From Acidobacteriota bacterium (GTDB taxonomy: Bacteria > Acidobacteriota > Thermoanaerobaculia > Gp7-AA8): DNA of 64,000 bases. The position numbers and the translations under genes are program-made. Under the pieces are notes generated by a model. The model saw only the letters and a list, made by a program, of their open reading frames with translations. It ran no database searches and had not been told where the DNA came from. Positions 37,259-47,008 of the stretch are shown one piece after another; the first letter of the stretch is position 1; each line of letters begins with the position of its first letter. The stretch covers positions 40,304 through 104,303 of the forward strand of contig JAJXWV010000026.1 of NCBI GenBank assembly GCA_021781455.1, read 5' to 3'.

Positions 37259-37921
37259 ATGGCGCTTCATCGGGAAGGCGAGTTTCTGCTGCCTCTTTTT
37301 CCGCTGCCGGACCTCGTTTTCTTCCCGAGCACACGCATGCCGCTTCACATCTTCGAGCCACGCTACCGGCAGATGATCACCGACGCCCTGGCCGGCGAGG
37401 CGCGCTTCGGGATCGTCCTGCTGCGGCCGGGCTGGCAGACCGATTACTACGGCGCGCCGCCCGTCTACCCCTACGGAACCGTCGGAGCGATCGAGCAGGC
37501 GGTGACTCTCCAGGACGGACGGTTCAACATCCTCATCCGCGGCGATGTTCGATTCCGAATCGTCGACGAAGTCTCGCGCGATCCGTACCGCACGGCTCGC
37601 GTCATCGCGCAACCGGAGACCGTCAGCAGGGCCGAGGAAGCGTACGCGCAACGCGAATGGCTCGCAGACCTTTCCCGGCAATATCTCGAGTACCTGCCGA
37701 ATCAGACGCCCGTGCCGGAGATCGAAACCGTTGGCCTCGAGGCGCTGACCAACGCGCTGATCATGTCGCTGAATCTCCAGTCGGAGGAGAAGCAGAAGCT
37801 GCTTGAAGTCGACGACCTGCTGAAGCGCGCGGAACGCGTCGGAGCGGAGCTCTCCAACCGCATCGACACTCTCCGATTCCTGCGGCCCTACCGGCGTGCC
37901 AACGATCCCCGCCAGAACTGA
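37259..37921 (+). CDS. LON N-terminal (substrate-binding) domain protein
   Basis: 220 aa. LPLFPLPDLVFFPSTRMPLHIFEPRYRQMI is the classic Lon N-domain start. There is no AAA or protease domain. Confidence 0.8.
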   Translation: MALHREGEFLLPLFPLPDLVFFPSTRMPLHIFEPRYRQMITDALAGEARFGIVLLRPGWQTDYYGAPPVYPYGTVGAIEQAVTLQDGRFNILIRGDVRFRIVDEVSRDPYRTARVIAQPETVSRAEEAYAQREWLADLSRQYLEYLPNQTPVPEIETVGLEALTNALIMSLNLQSEEKQKLLEVDDLLKRAERVGAELSNRIDTLRFLRPYRRANDPRQN

Positions 37922-37947
37922 TCGAGGTCACGAGGGTTCGCCGTGCC

Positions 37948-38454
37948 TCACTTTTTGACCCGATCGCGTTTCGTCTTCCTCTCGACGTTCACCTGGTATT
38001 CCGCGGCGACGTTGCCGCCCCAGTAACCGCTCACTTCGTAGTGACCCGGCTTCAATGGGGGGAGCTTGAACGTCACGACCTTGGCGCCCTTCATCGGCTT
38101 CGCCTCGGTGTAGACCTGCTTTCTCGATTCATCGAGGACGTGAACGCTCGACTGAAGCCCTGCTGGCGACTGCTTGAAGCGCATGGTCACGTAGACCGGC
38201 TCTCCGGCCCGAAACGTCGTCAGCTCTCCGGTCACTGTGCCGTCCGGTCCCAACTGATCGCCGATGGCGTTCTTGTCGATGAACTTCGGGATGGCCGGAT
38301 CGATGAGCTTGTTCACTTTCGCATTTCGCTCGTCCTTCACCGCAACGGCCGTCGTGCGGGTCGAGGAACGCAGCGTTGATGCTGTGGTCCCGTTCTTTCG
38401 GCAAGCGGATGCGGCAAGGATGATGGCGAGGAAGACCAGCGTTGATTTACGCAT
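37948..38454 (-). CDS. Lipoprotein, unknown function
   Basis: Trimmed to MRKSTLVFLAIILAASAC (lipobox). Confidence 0.6.
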   Translation of the reverse strand: MRKSTLVFLAIILAASACRKNGTTASTLRSSTRTTAVAVKDERNAKVNKLIDPAIPKFIDKNAIGDQLGPDGTVTGELTTFRAGEPVYVTMRFKQSPAGLQSSVHVLDESRKQVYTEAKPMKGAKVVTFKLPPLKPGHYEVSGYWGGNVAAEYQVNVERKTKRDRVKK

Positions 38455-38476
38455 CGTCGCTCTTTTCGTCGATAGA

Positions 38477-39244
38477 ATGCCGCGCATGGCCGAAGCGGTC
38501 GTTTATCGCGATTTCTACTTTCCGCTCAACGCGTTCCTGCATATCCTCAGCCACGAGGAAGGAGCCGCGCGGTACCTCCATTATGGCCTGTTCGAGCGCG
38601 AAAACGAGCCGATTCTGCACGCCCAGGAGCGCTCCACGGCCATGCTGCTGGAGCGCCTTCCGCCGCCGCCGGCGCGCATTCTCGATGTCGGTGTCGGACT
38701 GGGCACGACGGTCGCCACGCTGCGCCGCCTCGGCTACGACGCCGAGGGGATCACGCCCGACGAAGAACAGATCGTGGCAGTGGAACAGCGATACGGGGAT
38801 CAGGTCGTCGTCGCCTGCGCCGCGTTCGAAGGCTTCACCGGACGTGCGCCGTACGATGCCGTGCTCTTTCAGGAATCGTCGCAGTACATCGACTCCGACG
38901 CGCTTTTCAACGCCGCCGCGGCCATCACCAGGCACGTGATCGTGCTGGATGAATTCGCGGTCGGCCGCGTCGACCCCTCCGGAGCGCTCCACGATTTCGA
39001 CGGATTCCTCGAGGCGGCGGCAAGCCATGGCTTCCGCAAGATCGAGGAGATCGACGTCTCGAAGATGGCCGCACCCACCATCGACTACTACATGCAGCGG
39101 ATCCCGCGCTACCGCGATTCGCTCATCACGCAACTCGGCCTGACCGCGGAAATGCTGGACGACCTGGTCGAGCGCGGACACCGCTACCGCGAGCTCTACG
39201 CGAACGGCACCTACGTCTACCGCTTGCTGCAGTTCAAGCGGTGA
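38477..39244 (+). CDS. Class I SAM-dependent methyltransferase
   Basis: Motif I reads ILDVGVGLGTTVATL. The start is ATG 38477 or 38486, only 22-31 nt from the divergent lipoprotein start. Confidence 0.7.
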   Translation: MPRMAEAVVYRDFYFPLNAFLHILSHEEGAARYLHYGLFERENEPILHAQERSTAMLLERLPPPPARILDVGVGLGTTVATLRRLGYDAEGITPDEEQIVAVEQRYGDQVVVACAAFEGFTGRAPYDAVLFQESSQYIDSDALFNAAAAITRHVIVLDEFAVGRVDPSGALHDFDGFLEAAASHGFRKIEEIDVSKMAAPTIDYYMQRIPRYRDSLITQLGLTAEMLDDLVERGHRYRELYANGTYVYRLLQFKR

Positions 39245-40351
39245 TCAGCGCGTGCGTGCGAACACACAATTCCGGCAGATGAAGTCGTCCGGCGCTTCTT
39301 CGATCCCGTACGTCCAGCGGCGCATCCGGGAGAGATCGTCACCGGCGAGCACCTCGGAGATTGTTGCCGAGGTCAGGTCACCCACGACGTAGTTCTCGTC
39401 GTAGTCCTCGCAGCAAAGCACGCACTTGCCGGTCGGCGTGATGTGCAGGTGCTGGAGCGGCCGGGAGCCGAGATTGTCGCATCCGGCCAGCCGGACGTGC
39501 GGTTGCGGCGGACGCAACCCGACATCGAGCCATCCTGCGCGATCCATGACCAGGTGCCGGTCGACGGCAAAGCGGCTGCCGGCGAATCGTTCGCGGATGG
39601 CCGCGAAATCGCGATCGTGATCATCGTCGCCCTTGCCCAGGACGACGATGCGCATCTCCTCGGCCACCGCGCGATTCTTCATGTAATCGAGGTTTCGCAG
39701 GACTCCATTCAGGTGATCTTCTCCTCGCTCCTGACGATAGCGTTCCCTGTCGAGCGTCGAGAGATTGATGCACAGATACCGCAGCGGCCCATCCTCGAGC
39801 AGCGCGTCGACCTTCGCCGGGGTGAACCCCGAACCGTTGCTCAAGACCGCCACGGGAAGCTTCGCCTCGAACAAAGCGCGGCAATGTTCGACGAATCGCC
39901 GGTCCAGAGTGGGCTCGTTGTAGCTCTGGAGGAACACGCCCTCCAGGGTGCTTCGATAACGGCCGAGCTCCGCGACGATCCGCGTGAAGAGTTCCGCGGC
40001 CATCGTGGCGTCCTCGCGCGGCTGGAGAGACACCGGGCAGAAGTAGCACTTCTGATTGCACGCGGTCATCGTCTCCAGCGAAACGACCTTCAGGCGATGC
40101 TGTCTCGACAGGTCACCCTCAGCCACGATCCAGCCGTCGGATTCCAGAGAGGGATCCGCAGGGATCTGCGAACTGGAATCGAGGAATGAACGCAGCTCTG
40201 CCCACGCGGGATCGGCAGCGGTGAGGGTACGGTCCGTCAGCGGGTTGTAGATTCGATTGGAGTCGACATGCAGGAAAGGGTTGGGGACGAGCCGCTTCTG
40301 TTCCCTCGAGGCAGAGCCTGATCGGGAGGGTGAAGTTTCTGAAGTCGACAT
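39245..40351 (-). CDS. Radical SAM protein with C-terminal SPASM/twitch-like Cys cluster
   Basis: Trimmed to MSTSETSP. The CxxxCxxC motif is CNQKCYFC. C-terminal cysteines lie in GKCVLCCEDYD...FICRNCVF. An N-terminal extension of about 95 aa precedes the core. Confidence 0.8.
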   Translation of the reverse strand: MSTSETSPSRSGSASREQKRLVPNPFLHVDSNRIYNPLTDRTLTAADPAWAELRSFLDSSSQIPADPSLESDGWIVAEGDLSRQHRLKVVSLETMTACNQKCYFCPVSLQPREDATMAAELFTRIVAELGRYRSTLEGVFLQSYNEPTLDRRFVEHCRALFEAKLPVAVLSNGSGFTPAKVDALLEDGPLRYLCINLSTLDRERYRQERGEDHLNGVLRNLDYMKNRAVAEEMRIVVLGKGDDDHDRDFAAIRERFAGSRFAVDRHLVMDRAGWLDVGLRPPQPHVRLAGCDNLGSRPLQHLHITPTGKCVLCCEDYDENYVVGDLTSATISEVLAGDDLSRMRRWTYGIEEAPDDFICRNCVFARTR

Positions 40352-40455
40352 TCGACACCTTGGATACGGATTCGCGTTGCCGGACGTCCAACAGGCTCCT
40401 CCGATGCATTCTTCCGCTTGACTTCGCCTCCACCGCCGTGCGAAACAGCCACTGG

Positions 40456-41604
40456 ATGGCAATCGCCGTTCTTTACCCGCGCTTCGATCATCCGGCCATC
40501 GAGGAGCGCTACGCCAGCTGGCAGACGCAGATGCTCCTGCAGGCCGGCGGCGCGGCGCTGTATTTCTACGACCTCGACGAATGCGCACGCGACATCGTCA
40601 AGGAAATCGGCGAAGAGCACCTGCTCGTCGTCACCGACCCGATCCTGGTTCCTCCCGCGCACCTGGCCGCGCGCCTGCTGGAGCGTCTGACCGACGGGGC
40701 TGCGGCCGCGGTTCCGGTCTCGAACGAGGCGCAGAACGAGCAGCAGAAGCGCGCACCCGCGGGCCTGTATCTGACTCTCCGCGAATTCCAGCAGATGTCC
40801 GCTGCCATGCAGTCGCAACCGGCGCCGCCGCGCCATGTGACCTGGGAAGGCTCCGATCCGGCGGTCTTCCTCTGCCGCACGTCCCTTCTCGCGGAATCGA
40901 AGCAGCCCATCTCAGCCGTGCTCGCCGGCCGTGATGTGGTCATCTCCGACAACGATTACGTCCACCGATGGAGCTCCTTGCGAGGACAGGTGCGCATGGA
41001 TCTCTTGAGCCGCATCAGTCCCGAGGCGAAGTCGATCCTCGAGTTCGGTTGCGGCGAAGCTCCCCTCGGCGAAGCGCTCAAGAAGCGGCAGAAGTGCCGC
41101 GTCATCGGCATCGAGCTCGACCCAAAGGCGGCGGCGATCGCCCGCCGCCGCATCGACGACGTCTACTGCGGCGACGTCCGCGAGATCGTCTCCATCATCC
41201 ACGAGCGATTCGACTGGATCGTCGGCGGCGACATCGTCGAGCACCTCGACGAGCCCTGGTCATTCCTCGCCGAATTGCGCCGCATCGCTGCTCCCGGAGG
41301 GTATCTGCTGCTCAGCCTCCCTAACATCGGCAATGCTTCGCTCGTTGCCGACCTGCTGCAGGGGCGCTTCGACTATGTGTACATGGGGCTGACCTGCGTC
41401 GGCCACCTGCGCTTCTTCACCCGCAAGACGATCGAGGACATGCTGACCATCGCCGGATGGAGCGTGGCGGAGATCGCGCCGCAGGCAGCGATTCCGACGC
41501 CGGCGACCGAGGCTCTGTTCGCGGCACTCGAACAGGGCGGCGCTCCGCATTCGAAGCAGGACCTGACCGCACCCGGTTACTACGTCATCGCCCGGAATTC
41601 GTGA
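40456..41604 (+). CDS. Two-domain protein: unknown N-terminal domain plus C-terminal class I SAM methyltransferase
   Basis: Trimmed to MAIAVLYPRF. The methyltransferase motif I reads ILEFGCGEAPLG, followed by GGDIVEHLDEP. Confidence 0.65.
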   Translation: MAIAVLYPRFDHPAIEERYASWQTQMLLQAGGAALYFYDLDECARDIVKEIGEEHLLVVTDPILVPPAHLAARLLERLTDGAAAAVPVSNEAQNEQQKRAPAGLYLTLREFQQMSAAMQSQPAPPRHVTWEGSDPAVFLCRTSLLAESKQPISAVLAGRDVVISDNDYVHRWSSLRGQVRMDLLSRISPEAKSILEFGCGEAPLGEALKKRQKCRVIGIELDPKAAAIARRRIDDVYCGDVREIVSIIHERFDWIVGGDIVEHLDEPWSFLAELRRIAAPGGYLLLSLPNIGNASLVADLLQGRFDYVYMGLTCVGHLRFFTRKTIEDMLTIAGWSVAEIAPQAAIPTPATEALFAALEQGGAPHSKQDLTAPGYYVIARNS

Positions 41605-42623
41605 TGCCTGAATCTCTCCGCATTTCTTACCTCGTCGAAGACACTGCACAATCCGGCGGCGTACGAGTGCAGCTGGCGCAGGCCGATGCGCTGATCGCCC
41701 GCGGCCACGAAGTCCGCCTCGTCACCAAAGGCCTGCCGCTGACCTGGCGGCCGACGCGCGCGGAGTGGGTCTACGTCGACGATTTCCGGCAGTACGACGC
41801 GACGCGCGACGACTTCGTGGTCGGCACGTTCTGGATCACCGTTCCGCTCGCGTATCAGATTGCCGGCGCACGGGCGGTGCATCTCTGCCAGGGTTACGAG
41901 GGTGCGTTCTCGGCCTATCGGAAGATCCGGGACGACATCGATGCGGCCTACCGGCTGCCCGTTCCGAAGGTCGTCGTATCGAAGGCGTTGATTCCGGTCG
42001 TGCGGCAGTTCGCCGAGGACGTGACGTTCATCGGCCAGATCGTCGACGACGAGTTCTACCGAGCCCTCACTCCGCGCGAGCACGACCCGCTGCGCGTGCT
42101 CCTATGCGGTCAATCGCAAGGCGACATGAAGGGAATCGACGACGGCTACGGAGCGGTCGCACACGCCCGCTGGTTTCACCAGAAAGTGGATCTCATCCGC
42201 GTCTCGCCGTGGGCGCCGTCGCGCGAAGAGCCGCTCGACGACGTTCAGGAGTTCCACGTCGGCCTCTCGACCGTCGAGATGACCCGCGTCATGCACTCGT
42301 CCGACGTGCTAATCGCACCGAATCACCGCGAGGAGGGTTTCGGTCTGCCGGCCGCGGAAGCGCTTGCCTCGGGCATTCCGACCCTTCTCACTTCGATTCC
42401 TTCGTATCTGGCCTGGGACGACCAGCACGATTACGCGCTCTTCGCTCCCGAGGACAATGCCGTTGAGCTCGGCGAGAAGTTGATCGAGCTCATCGGCGAT
42501 GCCGGCCTGCGGGAGCGATTGCGCCTGCGCGGTCGTGAAGTCGCCGAGCAGTGGCGCGCAGAAAACGTCGCGGACCGCCTGGAGGCGTTCTTCCTCGAGC
42601 GACGAAGGCGGGCTCGCGCATGA
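41604..42623 (+). CDS. Glycosyltransferase, GT-B fold (GT4-like)
   Basis: The start ATG overlaps the previous stop by 1 nt. The N-terminus SGGVRVQLAQADALIARGHEV and the C-terminal motif EEGFGLPAAEALASGIPTL are typical of GT4. Confidence 0.8.
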   Translation: MPESLRISYLVEDTAQSGGVRVQLAQADALIARGHEVRLVTKGLPLTWRPTRAEWVYVDDFRQYDATRDDFVVGTFWITVPLAYQIAGARAVHLCQGYEGAFSAYRKIRDDIDAAYRLPVPKVVVSKALIPVVRQFAEDVTFIGQIVDDEFYRALTPREHDPLRVLLCGQSQGDMKGIDDGYGAVAHARWFHQKVDLIRVSPWAPSREEPLDDVQEFHVGLSTVEMTRVMHSSDVLIAPNHREEGFGLPAAEALASGIPTLLTSIPSYLAWDDQHDYALFAPEDNAVELGEKLIELIGDAGLRERLRLRGREVAEQWRAENVADRLEAFFLERRRRARA

Positions 42624-42707
42624 GAGCGCCGGCGCCGGCAGTCGGCGCTGCCAAAAGGGGCGCTGGTTTCGCATGAAAGAGGCGGCGAGGCGAGCGCGTT
42701 CACAGCC

Positions 42708-42725
42708 TTGTGAAAGATTTCTCAA
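42708..42725 (+). promoter_or_regulatory. Rex operator upstream of nuoB
   Basis: TTGTGAAAGATTTCTCAA matches 13 of 14 defined positions of TTGTGAA-N4-TTCACAA. Confidence 0.7.
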
Positions 42726-42736
42726 ACCCTTAGAAT
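42708..42736 (+). promoter_or_regulatory. Sigma-70-type promoter candidate for nuoB-CD-I, overlapped by the Rex site
   Basis: TTGTGA (42708-42713), a 17-nt spacer, then TAGAAT (42731-42736), about 70 nt upstream of nuoB. Confidence 0.5.
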
Positions 42737-42803
42737 CCGGGCTCCTACCCGCCGCCGGGCCGTCGTATCATTCGCCCTCGCGCCTGCCCGGAACAAGAGC
42801 TAA

Positions 42804-43394
42804 GTGATGCCGATAGAAAAGATTGATAACCCAAACTCGATCATTGGCCGCAAGCTGAACCAGCTCCCCGGCTCTGGCCCTGAAAAGGGTATTCAAACTC
42901 TTCCAGGCGAGTCCGAACGCGACATTGCCGATTTTGCGGGCGGCTCGTACCTCACCACGACCGTCGACACGATGGTCAACTGGGCCCGGAGCAACTCGCT
43001 GTGGCCTTTCCCGTTCGGAACGGCCTGCTGTGCCATCGAGTTCATGTCGATGGTCGGCTCTCATTACGACGTCTCCCGCTTCGGCGCCGAGGTCGTCCGC
43101 TTCTCGCCGCGCCAGGCCGACCTGCTGCTCGTCGAGGGGACGATCGTCGACAAGATGGGCCCCGTGCTGAAGAAGATTTATGACCAGATGCCGGAACCGC
43201 GATACGTCATCGCCATGGGTGCGTGCGCGACCTCCGGCGGTTTCTACCGCGCCTACCACGTCATGCAGGGCATCGACGAGATCATCCCCGTGGACATCTG
43301 GGTGCCGGGCTGCCCGCCCACTCCCGACGGACTGATGTACGGGATCCTCAAGCTGAAGGAAAAGATCGATCGCGGGGAGATCAGGCGGTCATGA
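42804..43394 (+). CDS. nuoB: NADH-quinone oxidoreductase subunit B
   Basis: N2-cluster motifs [19 protein letters not shown] and VPGCPPTP. The start is GTG 42804 or ATG 42807. Confidence 0.95.
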   Translation: MMPIEKIDNPNSIIGRKLNQLPGSGPEKGIQTLPGESERDIADFAGGSYLTTTVDTMVNWARSNSLWPFPFGTACCAIEFMSMVGSHYDVSRFGAEVVRFSPRQADLLLVEGTIVDKMGPVLKKIYDQMPEPRYVIAMGACATSGGFYRAYHVMQGIDEIIPVDIWVPGCPPTPDGLMYGILKLKEKIDRGEIRRS

Positions 43395-45169
43395 GCACAC
43401 TCACCAGATACAGCGCAATCCCGTACACCGGCCCCGCGCCGACGAACCGTGCGCCGTACGTTCCGAAGAACGCGGAACCGGCGAACGCGCGTGGCGAAGC
43501 GATCGCCACAACGCTCGGCAATGCCGCCATGACGCAGGAACGCGGCCAGGACATGCCGACGTTTCTCGTCGAGCGCGCCCGCATCGCCGACGTGCTGCGC
43601 AACCTCGCCGAGAATCCCGATCTCGCGTTCATCCTGCCGCTCGACTGCTTCGGCACCGATTACCCGGACCGCGAAGAGCGCTTCGACGTCGTTTACCAGC
43701 TTTATTCGCTGAAGAACAACGAGCGCATCCGCCTGAAGGTCCGGGTGGGCGAAAACGACACCGTGCCTACCAGCACCGGTGTATTCAAGTCCTTCGACTG
43801 GTTCGAGCGCGAAGTGTTCGACATGTTCGGCGTGCGCTTCGAAGGCCATCCGAACATGCGGCGCATCCTCTGCCATGAGGCCTTCCAGGGCCACGCCCTG
43901 CGCAAGGACTACGACCCGGCCCAGCGCTGGATCCTCACTGAGCAGAACGTGGCCAGGATCATCCCGAAGATCGATCCCCGCTTTGCCACCGAGGACACCG
44001 ACTTCGAGCGCGTGACACTGAACCTCGGGCCTTCTCATCCGGCCACCCACGGCACGCTGCGCATCGTGGTCACGCTCGACGGCGAGAAGATCATCGGCGC
44101 CGACGCCGAGATCGGGTACCTGCACCGCTGCTTCGAGAAGATGTCGGAGACACACACCTACCAGCAGGTCATCCCGTACACCGACCGCCTGAACTACTGC
44201 TCGGCGATCATCAACAACGTCGGTTATGCGCTGGCTGTGGAGAAGCTCCTGGGCATCGAGGCGCCGGCGCGCGCGCAACAGGTCCGCCTCATGCTGTCGG
44301 AGTTCTGGCGGATCGCCGATCACATCGTCTGCATCAGCGCGAACCTCGTCGACATCGGCGCGTTGACCAACTACTGGTACCTGATGCAGCCCCGCGAAGA
44401 GATCATCGGCCTGACCGAGGCCTGCTCCGGAGCGCGCCTGCTGCCGAGCTACGTCCGCGTGGGCGGGCTGGCCGTGGACGTGCCGTCGAACTTCCTCGAG
44501 CAGGCGCAGCGGCTCGTGGACATGCTCCCGCGTTACATCGACGACGTCGAAAAGCTGATCTGGAAGAACCGCATCTTCCGGGAGCGCGTCCAGGGTGTCG
44601 CCGTCATCTCGAAGGAAGATGCGATCAACTTCGGCTTCACGGGACCTTGCCTGCGCGCCTGTGGCGTGCCGTACGACGTGCGCAAGGCCAGTCCGTACAT
44701 CGGCTATGAGACTTACGACTGGGACGTACCGATCGCCGAGGGCGGCGACACGTACGCGCGCTTTCTGGTGAGGTTCGAGGAGATGCGGCAGTCGCTGCGC
44801 ATCCTGCAGCAGGCTATCGACCGCGGCCTGCCGGCCGGGCCGGTCATCGTCGACAACCCATATGTGGCCCTTCCCCCGAAGTCGAAGGTCTACAACGAAA
44901 TGGAATCGCTGATCTATCACTTCAAGCTGATCATGCACGGCATCCAGCCGCCGGTCGGCGAGACGTATTTCCAGGTCGAAGGCGGCAATGGTGAGCTCGG
45001 CTTCTACGTCGTCTCCGACGGAACCAAGAACCCGTACCGGGTGCGCGTCCGGCCGCCCTGTTTCCCGCTCTTCGAGGCCTTCGGCCAGATGATCACGGGA
45101 CAGACGATCCCCGACGCCATCGGCGCACTCGGATCGTTGAACATCATTGCCGGAGAGTTGGATCACTGA
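43391..45169 (+). CDS. nuoCD: NADH-quinone oxidoreductase fused subunits C/D
   Basis: Trimmed to MSTLTRYS; its ATG overlaps the nuoB stop. The NuoC part reads [20 protein letters not shown]. The NuoD part starts at [17 protein letters not shown] and ends ...NIIAGELDH. Confidence 0.9.
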   Translation: MSTLTRYSAIPYTGPAPTNRAPYVPKNAEPANARGEAIATTLGNAAMTQERGQDMPTFLVERARIADVLRNLAENPDLAFILPLDCFGTDYPDREERFDVVYQLYSLKNNERIRLKVRVGENDTVPTSTGVFKSFDWFEREVFDMFGVRFEGHPNMRRILCHEAFQGHALRKDYDPAQRWILTEQNVARIIPKIDPRFATEDTDFERVTLNLGPSHPATHGTLRIVVTLDGEKIIGADAEIGYLHRCFEKMSETHTYQQVIPYTDRLNYCSAIINNVGYALAVEKLLGIEAPARAQQVRLMLSEFWRIADHIVCISANLVDIGALTNYWYLMQPREEIIGLTEACSGARLLPSYVRVGGLAVDVPSNFLEQAQRLVDMLPRYIDDVEKLIWKNRIFRERVQGVAVISKEDAINFGFTGPCLRACGVPYDVRKASPYIGYETYDWDVPIAEGGDTYARFLVRFEEMRQSLRILQQAIDRGLPAGPVIVDNPYVALPPKSKVYNEMESLIYHFKLIMHGIQPPVGETYFQVEGGNGELGFYVVSDGTKNPYRVRVRPPCFPLFEAFGQMITGQTIPDAIGALGSLNIIAGELDH

Positions 45170-45172
45170 TGC

Positions 45173-45270
45173 GGCTCTTGGCTCCTGGCTCCTGGCTCCT
45201 GGCTCTTCGGAGCACGAGCCGAGCTGGAGCTAAGAGTCGATAGCGCACCCAAGAGCCAACAGCAAAGAGC
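45173..45270. repeat. Tandem-word-arm hairpin HAH14 (GGCTCCT/GGCTCTT; degenerate right arm)
   Basis: The left arm (GGCTCYT)x5 at 45173-45210 is clear. The right arm at 45219-45270 retains AAGAGCC-type units but with many mismatches. Fills the nuoCD-nuoI gap. Confidence 0.55.
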
Positions 45271-45277
45271 TAACGAA

Positions 45278-45928
45278 ATGGCCATCACACGCGTTGCACC
45301 CGGAATCGTCAGAGTCGAGCGGCAGCCGCTCACGTTCTCGCAGCGGCTTTACATCCCGCAGATCCTGGCCGGGATGATGGTGACCCTGGGCCACCTGCTG
45401 AAGAACCTGGTCAACATGAAGCGGATGCTGATCATCTCCTATCCGGAGGTGAAGCGGGTGTACTCGGAGCGCTTTCGCGGCCGACACATTCTCACCTCGC
45501 GCGAGGATGGCACGACGCGCTGCGTGGCCTGTTTCATGTGCTCCACCGCCTGCCCTGCCGAGTGCATCACCATCGAGGCCGGCGAGGACGAGCGAACGCG
45601 CGAGAAGTTCCCCGTGCGCTACGACATCGACCTGCTGCGCTGCATCTTCTGCGGCTATTGCGTGGACGCCTGCCCTGAGGACGCCATTTACATGACCCGG
45701 GACTACGAGATGGCCATCGACACGCGGGCCCGAGCGGTCGTCGGCCTTCGCGATCTCGTCGTGCCGCCGAATTTCCCGGTCGATCCGATGGGATACCGGC
45801 CTTACTACGGCAAGATCCAGAAAAGCGGCACCGCCGGCGGAACCGGCGTCGGCCAGCCCCTGCGGCAGGCTCCATTCGACGATGACACCGCGCCGAATCC
45901 CGAGCTGTACCGCGGCGGCAACGCCTGA
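45278..45928 (+). CDS. nuoI: NADH-quinone oxidoreductase subunit I
   Basis: 216 aa with two 4Fe-4S motifs, CVACFMCSTACP and CIFCGYCVDACP. Has a C-terminal extension of about 60 aa. Confidence 0.9.
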   Translation: MAITRVAPGIVRVERQPLTFSQRLYIPQILAGMMVTLGHLLKNLVNMKRMLIISYPEVKRVYSERFRGRHILTSREDGTTRCVACFMCSTACPAECITIEAGEDERTREKFPVRYDIDLLRCIFCGYCVDACPEDAIYMTRDYEMAIDTRARAVVGLRDLVVPPNFPVDPMGYRPYYGKIQKSGTAGGTGVGQPLRQAPFDDDTAPNPELYRGGNA

Positions 45929-46071
45929 AGAAGGACTCCGCAGTGAGCGCTTTCCGGTGATAACAGGGGACTGTCACCGAATCGTTCTCCACGCTCACCA
46001 CTGAGCCGGGGTGCCGGCTCGCTCTCGAGCCGCCTTGAACGGAGCTATCATTCTCGAAGTCCGCTCCCATC

Positions 46072-46536
46072 ATGAAACCGCTCGAGACCACCGTCGAAGA
46101 GGTGCTTCGGAACGCCATCCAGGCCGAGGTCGAAACGCGTCTCTTCTACCAGAGGATGGCCGAGCGCACCTCGATCCACGCCGTTCGCAAGCGCATGCTC
46201 GAGCTCGCCGACGCGGAGCTGGTCCATCGCGCCAAGCTGGAGCGCAAGTACCGCGACACCGTCGGTCAAGAACCGCCCGAGCCGAAGCCCGTGGCGTTCG
46301 AGCTCCCTCCGGAGTTTCAGAATCTGGACATGGGCCGAGCCCTGAAGATCTCTCTCGATCGCGAGCGAGACAGCGAATCGTATTTCCGCTTTCTCGCTGA
46401 GCGCGTGCCCGACACCAGCGACCTCGGCAAGCTCTTCATGGAGCTCGCCGAGATCGAATGGAAGCACAAGTCCGACCTGCAGGCCGAGTACGACGCCACC
46501 GTGGCCGACCCCGAGCAGTTCCTGCTGGACATCTAG
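46072..46536 (+). CDS. Ferritin-like / rubrerythrin-type diiron four-helix-bundle protein
   Basis: 154 aa with two E...ExxH pairs: AEVETRLFY...DAELVHR and RERDSESYF...AEIEWKHK. Confidence 0.6.
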   Translation: MKPLETTVEEVLRNAIQAEVETRLFYQRMAERTSIHAVRKRMLELADAELVHRAKLERKYRDTVGQEPPEPKPVAFELPPEFQNLDMGRALKISLDRERDSESYFRFLAERVPDTSDLGKLFMELAEIEWKHKSDLQAEYDATVADPEQFLLDI

Positions 46537-46570
46537 CGGACTCGGTCCTGCCTGGCGTTCATCAAGCGCG

Positions 46571-46614
46571 CAAAAAACAGTCAGGCGGATGGCGCCACGC
46601 GCGCCACCCGCCTG
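46571..46614 (-). terminator. Intrinsic terminator on the minus strand
   Basis: A 14-bp GC-rich stem with 1 mismatch spans 46582-46614. On the minus strand it is followed by ACTGTTTTTTG. No annotated minus-strand gene ends nearby; the def stop is 400 nt upstream. Confidence 0.55.
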
Positions 46615-46617
46615 CCG

Positions 46618-46633
46618 TCTCTCTCTCTCTCTC
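46618..46633. repeat. (TC)8 dinucleotide microsatellite
   Basis: TCTCTCTCTCTCTCTC lies directly beside the terminator stem. Confidence 0.9.
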
Positions 46634-46942
46634 GTACAACGCGCGGCCGGTAGAAACCGATGCGCCTCGTACGTTTTGAAATCTAAGCCGCGAACATCAG
46701 CCTCTCGTCTCCGGCCGCGCAAAAAAACCGTGCAGGATTCGCTCGCGGTTCCTGGGCGTGAATCGGCGCTCGCGGTCGCGTCAAGGCAGCGCAAAAGAAG
46801 GCCGTCACCGGTGCGGGGCAGGCTTTTCAGCCTGCCCCCAGCGGTGGTGTGGAAAGCCCGCCCCACACGGGTTGCTCAGTCTCCAGCCGATAAATCGTCC
46901 CGGCAAGAGTCTCTTCGCCGTGCTCCACCGCCCTCGCGGTTG

Positions 46943-46992
46943 CGCCGGCTCAGAGTGACGGGACTGCGGTTCCGCCGGCTGAGGATGACGGG
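46943..46992 (-). repeat. Post-stop motif, two tandem copies downstream of def
   Basis: The plus strand reads CGCCGGCTCAGAGTGACGGG at 46943-46962 and CGCCGGCTGAGGATGACGGG at 46973-46992. On the def coding strand these read CCCGTCACTCTGAGCCGGCG and CCCGTCATCCTCAGCCGGCG. Confidence 0.6.
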
Positions 46993-47008
46993 ATCAGTTC
47001 CACCGCCC

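Noticed and set aside
46537-47008. tRNA, tmRNA, SRP RNA, 6S RNA or RNase P RNA in the largest intergenic intervals (46537-47008 and 50056-50479).
   Set aside because: I found no T-loop GGTTCGAATCC-type sequence, no SRP GGAAGCAGCC box, no RNase P GAGGAAAGTCC and no tmRNA 5' end. A novel RNA cannot be excluded; it is reported as a low-interest finding instead.
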